64,000 nt of DNA, from the NCBI GenBank assembly GCA_963662435.1, contig OY759598.1, positions 3,943,923 to 4,007,922 of the forward strand, read 5' to 3'. A model generated the notes under the pieces. The model saw only the letters and a list, made by a program, of their open reading frames with translations. It searched no databases and was not told the origin of the DNA. The translations under genes and the position numbers were made by a program. The DNA comes from Dehalococcoidia bacterium. Its GTDB lineage: Bacteria > Chloroflexota > Dehalococcoidia > Lucifugimonadales > VXLM01. The stretch's first letter is position 1. Each line of letters starts with the position of its first letter. This document shows positions 59,269 to 64,000 of the stretch, one piece after another.

Positions 59269-61371
59269 TCATCCCTCATCGCCGAAGCGTTGAACCTCTT
59301 CCGTCATCTCTTTAGCGACCGCTGCCGGCACATCACCGGCGGCGACCTTCGTTTGCTGCACGATTTCCCTAATTTCGTCGACCACTTCGGGGTTGGCGAG
59401 GGTCGTGACATCACCAACATCCACGAAGTTGGATATCGCGGCCGTCACGCGCCGCATGATCTTGCCCGAGCGGGTCTTCGGAAGGTCTGGGGCAATCCAT
59501 ACGTACTTGGGCCTAGCAATAGGCCCGATTATCTGCGTGATAGCTGCCTTGACTTGGGTCGCGACCTCGTCAGGGTCGTGACCCGCATGTATCGAGACGT
59601 ACATCTCAGGCGACCGGCCCTTGAGCTCGTCGAACGCCGGCACTGCAGCAGCCTCCGTAACAGCTTCAACTGTCAACGTCGCGGACTCCAGCTCCTTAGT
59701 ACCAAGCCGATGACCTGCCACGTTAATGACGTCGTCCAGCCGTCCGACCACGCGGAGGTAGCCATCCGCGGCCTGGATCCCACCGTCACCGGTCATGTAT
59801 GGCCAGTCCCGCCAGTCCTTGCTCTCAGGGTCCTTGTTGAACTTTGCATAGTACGTGTCGATGAACCGCTGATCGTCCCCCCAAACGGTCTGCATACGTC
59901 CCGGCCAGGGGTTTCTGATGCACACGTTTCCTGCAGCCCCACTACCAGGCTCGATTTCGTTGCCGTTCTCGTCGAACACGACGTGCTGAATTCCAAGAGC
60001 TCCCGTCCCGCAGCTTCCTGGCTTCATGGGTTGGAGGGCAGGAAGGGTAACGCCGATGAACCCACCTGTCTCCGTCTGCCAGTAAGTGTCGACAATGGCG
60101 GCTTCACCCTTGCCGACAACATCGTAGTACCACCGCCAGACCTCCGGCTCAATCGGCTCTCCCACGGTCGTCATGTGTTTGAAGTGGTAGTTGTACTTTG
60201 CGGGTTCGTCTGGGCCGGCCTTTCTGAGCATCCTGATCGTGGTCGGCGCGGTGTGGAAAATATTAACGTTCAGCCGTTCCGCTTCACGCCATGCCCGGCC
60301 CGGATCGGGATAGTTCGGGACTCCCTCGAATAGCACGCCTGTCGCTGCAACTGACAGTGGACCGTAGACAATGTAGGAATGGCCGGTAATCCACCCGATG
60401 TCGGCGAGGCACCAATAAGTGTCGGTGGGTTGGATGTCCTGATAGTACCTGGACGTTCCCGCCGCATAGGCGAGATATCCTCCAGTGCTGTGCTGCGCAC
60501 CCTTTGGCTTTGCGGTGGTCCCACTCGTATACATCAGAAAGAGCGGATGCTCGGCAGGAAGAGATTCCGGAGCGACTCTCTTGCCCTTGTGCTCTTGAAT
60601 CAGGTCATTCGCGAAGACGTCTCGCCCCTCTACCATCGGCGTCGGCGAAGAGTACTTACCTGGGTAGCGCTGCCATATCAGTACCTTCTCCACCTCTACG
60701 CATTCTTTTCTTGCAACCTCCACAGCCTCGTCCGCCTTGATCTTGTGGTCAAGCAAGGTGCCTGCCCGATGGTAGGCATCAGCAGTTATCAAGATCGAAC
60801 TCCCGGAATCGACTATACGGTCACCGCAAGCAGCGCCGCTGAATCCGCCGAAGACCTCCGAGTGAATTACGCCTAGTCGTGCACAGGCGAGCATGGTGAT
60901 TGGCAGTTCAACGATCATCGGCATATGAAGCGTGACCCGATCGCCGGCCTTCAGTCCCAGGCTCTGCAACAGGGAAGCGGTTTCGTTGACGCGAACGTAC
61001 AGCTCGCGGAAGGTGAGTACGATGTCCGGCTCGTCCTCGAGCTCAGAGACCCAGATGAACGCAGCCTTGTTGGCATGTTCCTCCAAATGACGATCAACGC
61101 AGTTGTAGCTGGCGTTCAACCGCCCGCCGACAAACCAGTTGAAAAATGGTGGGTTAGAGTCATCTAGTGTCGTATGCCAATACTTGTCCCACGACAAGAG
61201 GTTTGCGTATTCGATGAAGCAGTCAGGGAACTTGTCAGGGGTAAAGCGTTCGAACACTGCGGGGTCGGACAGGTTGGCCTGCCCAATGAAGGCGGGGCTG
61301 GGGTGGATTAATTCCTCTTCCTTCCAATGGGAGGCAATCTCAGCTTCGGTGACGTTACCTTCCGTCGTCAT
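59269..61371 (-). CDS. acs: Acetyl-CoA synthetase
   Basis: YTSGTTAKPKG, ADIGWITGHSY, WQTETGG and PKTRSGKIMRR. Confidence 0.95.
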   Translation of the reverse strand: MTTEGNVTEAEIASHWKEEELIHPSPAFIGQANLSDPAVFERFTPDKFPDCFIEYANLLSWDKYWHTTLDDSNPPFFNWFVGGRLNASYNCVDRHLEEHANKAAFIWVSELEDEPDIVLTFRELYVRVNETASLLQSLGLKAGDRVTLHMPMIVELPITMLACARLGVIHSEVFGGFSGAACGDRIVDSGSSILITADAYHRAGTLLDHKIKADEAVEVARKECVEVEKVLIWQRYPGKYSSPTPMVEGRDVFANDLIQEHKGKRVAPESLPAEHPLFLMYTSGTTAKPKGAQHSTGGYLAYAAGTSRYYQDIQPTDTYWCLADIGWITGHSYIVYGPLSVAATGVLFEGVPNYPDPGRAWREAERLNVNIFHTAPTTIRMLRKAGPDEPAKYNYHFKHMTTVGEPIEPEVWRWYYDVVGKGEAAIVDTYWQTETGGFIGVTLPALQPMKPGSCGTGALGIQHVVFDENGNEIEPGSGAAGNVCIRNPWPGRMQTVWGDDQRFIDTYYAKFNKDPESKDWRDWPYMTGDGGIQAADGYLRVVGRLDDVINVAGHRLGTKELESATLTVEAVTEAAAVPAFDELKGRSPEMYVSIHAGHDPDEVATQVKAAITQIIGPIARPKYVWIAPDLPKTRSGKIMRRVTAAISNFVDVGDVTTLANPEVVDEIREIVQQTKVAAGDVPAAVAKEMTEEVQRFGDEG

Positions 61372-61529
61372 CTTTCCTTCGACTCCTTGCTATGCATCTT
61401 CGATTCGAGTCCATCGACGCTTGATAATGTACCACAAACCTACGGCACGGAGTGACGAAAGCGTAGCATACGTAGACTCGTGGAGGGTCATATTTGGCCC
61501 CTGTAGCGCCTTCAGGCGACCAAGATTAG

Positions 61530-62435
61530 CTATGGAGCGACAGATACGAGAACCTCCGGGCAGAACGCGGCGTATGCGAGTCGACATACCTCCGCAATGG
61601 CCTCGTCCGCCCGAACATCGTTAGAGTTGGCGGTTGCGAACGCCGAGACTATCATCGGTCCGCTCGGAAGGTACACAATGCCCACGTTACCCTTGATCCG
61701 CCCGCTGGAGCCGCTCTTTTGGGCGACGACGATATTGCGCGGAAGATCGCGGCGAATCATGCGAATTTCGCGAGCATTGTTCATCATCTCAAGCATCTCT
61801 AGCGACGCATCGGAACTGACGAGAGTACCATCATGCAACTTCTTCATGATGTGCCCCATCTCGGCGGGTGCGGCCACGTTGTTGTCAGGAGAATCCATGT
61901 ACGAAACGCTCTTGAAGTCGTTGGCACCTGCAGCCGAAGCCTCAGCCTGCAGCAAGTCACTGGCCCGATTGGTGGGCAGGTGCTCCTGGTATGTCATGCG
62001 GTAATGGTACCGGCCCATCGTGACGCTCGTTCGTGTGTTCGGACAACCCAACCGATCGAGGAAAGCGTTGATGTTCGCGGGTCCAATGGTTTCCATCAGG
62101 AGATCGGTTGCCATATTGTCGCTGATGGTAATCATCATGCGACAGTAGTCTCGCAACGATATCTTCGGCTCATCCTGCATTAGCTTGAGCTGACCGGATC
62201 CGTGTGTGGAATACCGGTCAACCATACGTTTTCGATCATTGAGCGACAGCATACCTTCGGCATCCTGTCTGAATAGTTCTGCCATCACCGTGATCTTGCA
62301 GACACTTGCTGTTGGATAGCATTCGGCGGCAGCGTATTGATGCGTAATGCCGGACGCAAGGTCTTCAAAATAGAAACCCATACGGCCTTCAAAATCTCTA
62401 GCAAGGGCATCCATCTCGTCTCTAGGGAAAGTCAT
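61530..62435 (-). CDS. Class A beta-lactamase-like serine hydrolase
   Basis: SxxK (ASVCK), SDN and KSG motifs; no signal peptide. Confidence 0.88.
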   Translation of the reverse strand: MTFPRDEMDALARDFEGRMGFYFEDLASGITHQYAAAECYPTASVCKITVMAELFRQDAEGMLSLNDRKRMVDRYSTHGSGQLKLMQDEPKISLRDYCRMMITISDNMATDLLMETIGPANINAFLDRLGCPNTRTSVTMGRYHYRMTYQEHLPTNRASDLLQAEASAAGANDFKSVSYMDSPDNNVAAPAEMGHIMKKLHDGTLVSSDASLEMLEMMNNAREIRMIRRDLPRNIVVAQKSGSSGRIKGNVGIVYLPSGPMIVSAFATANSNDVRADEAIAEVCRLAYAAFCPEVLVSVAP

Positions 62436-62674
62436 ATACCTCCTCCTTGAGTTTCGATCTGAGGAGCGAAAAGTCGTAGTTGCCTAAGTGTATCAGAAGG
62501 TCATGGAGCTTGCGACAAACCTCATTACCTTCCATGAAATATGCGCTAACGCTGTGCCAGAATTGGCACATTGTCTCGATTAACAATATCTGCGACATGT
62601 CTTCCGATGAAGAACGTAATACTGTTAATTGGTGGCACGTAGCTAGAATGGTTACAGCAAGAATATTGTTTTCT

Positions 62675-62703
62675 TTGACAAACGACCTTTCCTACCATAA
62701 GCT
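62675..62703 (+). promoter_or_regulatory. Possible sigma70 promoter
   Basis: TTGACA-17bp-TAAGCT. Confidence 0.5.
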
Positions 62704-62830
62704 AAGCCTTGAGAGCGATCTAACGTGGCCTAAGTACGAGAAGCCGAGAGAAGTATCAGGCTGTATCTGCCCTTTCTCGGTCACTCTAGTTGGCTCTCCA
62801 ACATGGAATTGACACATTAAGGAGGTAACT

Positions 62831-63118
62831 ATGTCAAAGTTGGAAATTGTTCCTATAGAGGAGGCAATGGCGAGAACTGCTTCTGGCAAGAGGGCCAAGA
62901 TAATTCACGAGTATCTTGGCTATATCCGCGAACTTCAGTCCGGTCAGGCCGGAAAGCTGACTGCGACGGAGGATGAAAGTGCAATTGCAATAAGACGCCG
63001 TCTCAATCAGGCAGCCAAAACAGGTGGTGTCGAGCTTGTCATCAAACGATCGGGCGACGATGTCTATTTTTGGACTAACGCCCGTCGAAGAGGTCGACCT
63101 CGTAAAGCGAGAGTTTAG
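62831..63118 (+). CDS. Small basic protein with C-terminal AT-hook-like motif
   Basis: Perfect TAAGGAGGT RBS; ends in RRRGRPRKARV. Confidence 0.8.
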   Translation: MSKLEIVPIEEAMARTASGKRAKIIHEYLGYIRELQSGQAGKLTATEDESAIAIRRRLNQAAKTGGVELVIKRSGDDVYFWTNARRRGRPRKARV

Positions 63119-63393
63119 ACCCATTAAATTTCCCTTCCCAAAACAGGAAGCAGGTAGCCAACTCTCAGGTACGCAAGGCACTCTTTACCCTTAACGTAAC
63201 GGGAGTCTCATTGCGTAACCCTGTTTCGTCAACAAAGACTATTGTCTTTTGGGATACGTCGGCGGGCATTTCAGTTATCGGACTTCGAAATTCTGACCAT
63301 CGCTCAACGCCTACCTGGCGGCATCGTTTGGTGATGCTGGTAGAATAGCCTCCGTGTCGACAATGGCAAGTTACTTTCTGCCCGGAGGGATAA

Positions 63394-64000
63394 ATGCTTG
63401 ATCTTGCGATCCATAACGGATTGGTCGTGGATGGTACAGGAAGTCCGGGCTTTCATGCTTCGGTCTTTGTAGAGGACAATCGAATCACTATTAACAGGGG
63501 CGCGGCTTCCGGAGTGGAAGCCGCGCGTACTATTGACGCCGAAGGCAAGGTCGTCTGCCCTGGATTCGTCGACCTCCACTCTCACGCCGGGCTTACGATG
63601 CTTGGCGAGCCACTCCACGACCCCAAGGTGCGACAGGGTGTCACCACTGAATTGGTCGGAATCGACGGGATATCGCACGCACCCTTCAAATCCCAGGACG
63701 AATTGAGTAGGGCCATATGGCTTGACTCCGGCTTCAATGGGTACCCTCCGAACTCTCCCGACTGGTTAAGCGTAATGGAACTGTACGGGAAGTACGACAA
63801 CGCGATTTCAATCAACGTGGCGATAATTCTTGGCAACGCGGCCGTACGAATCTGGAGCGTGGGCTGGAATGATCGTCCTGCCGCGCCTGCGGAAATCGAA
63901 GACATGCGCGCCGTCACCCGCGAGGCGATGGAAGAGGGAGCCTGGGGGCTCTCATCAGGTCTAGACTATCCACCGGGATCATTTGCCAGCACCGAGGAAT
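63394..64000 (+). CDS. N-acyl-D-amino-acid deacylase (D-aminoacylase), partial
   Basis: Hand translation gives MLDLAIHNGLVVDGTG...PGFVDLHSH...QGVTTE...GLSSGLDYPPG; runs off the right edge. Confidence 0.9.
   Translation, partial: MLDLAIHNGLVVDGTGSPGFHASVFVEDNRITINRGAASGVEAARTIDAEGKVVCPGFVDLHSHAGLTMLGEPLHDPKVRQGVTTELVGIDGISHAPFKSQDELSRAIWLDSGFNGYPPNSPDWLSVMELYGKYDNAISINVAIILGNAAVRIWSVGWNDRPAAPAEIEDMRAVTREAMEEGAWGLSSGLDYPPGSFASTEE

Noticed and set aside
61142..61152. AAAAATGGTGG matching the integrase/tRNA junction
   Set aside because: It lies inside the intact acs coding sequence (PPFF codons) on the wrong side of the tRNA, so it is a chance match.
61530..62435. Bona fide beta-lactam resistance gene
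   Set aside because: There is no signal peptide and no evident omega-loop Glu motif, so only a family-level serine hydrolase call is supportable.

Overview
This is a bacterial chromosome window whose 16S rRNA looks like Chloroflexota (Dehalococcoidia/SAR202-like; a visual inference, not a database result). The left half (1 to ~31.5 kb) is accessory DNA: a putative integrative conjugative element (ICE) inserted exactly at the CCA end of a tRNA-Ala(TGC). Its large serine recombinase has no stop codon of its own and reads antisense through the tRNA. The element carries a very reduced type IV secretion module (VirB6-like, two pilins, a PrgI fusion, VirB4, VirD4) and a two-module MOB_C/Replic_Relax-like relaxase. 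A divergent arm encodes an SF2 helicase, a triple-XRE protein and unknown proteins, separated by strongly structured intergenic DNA: an RBS-sequestering hairpin, a ~43-bp-period repeat array and 16-bp direct repeats. Further left are a MarR regulator, a methyltransferase, an IS remnant and a >2,380-aa Calx-beta/cadherin surface protein that runs off the window and is absent from the ORF track. The right half is core genome: a stand-alone 16S rRNA gene, branched-chain 2-oxoacid dehydrogenase E1a/E1b/E2 plus lipB (E1b appears to start at ATA), penicillin acylase, tRNA-Thr(CGT), LysR, an FAD oxidoreductase, two Ldh2 paralogs, an OLD-like ATPase with a degenerate TOPRIM, gyrA, an NHL protein, an M24-fold protein, serS, a bicupin, NYN, acs, a serine hydrolase and a D-aminoacylase. 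All calls come from reading the sequence; no searches were run.
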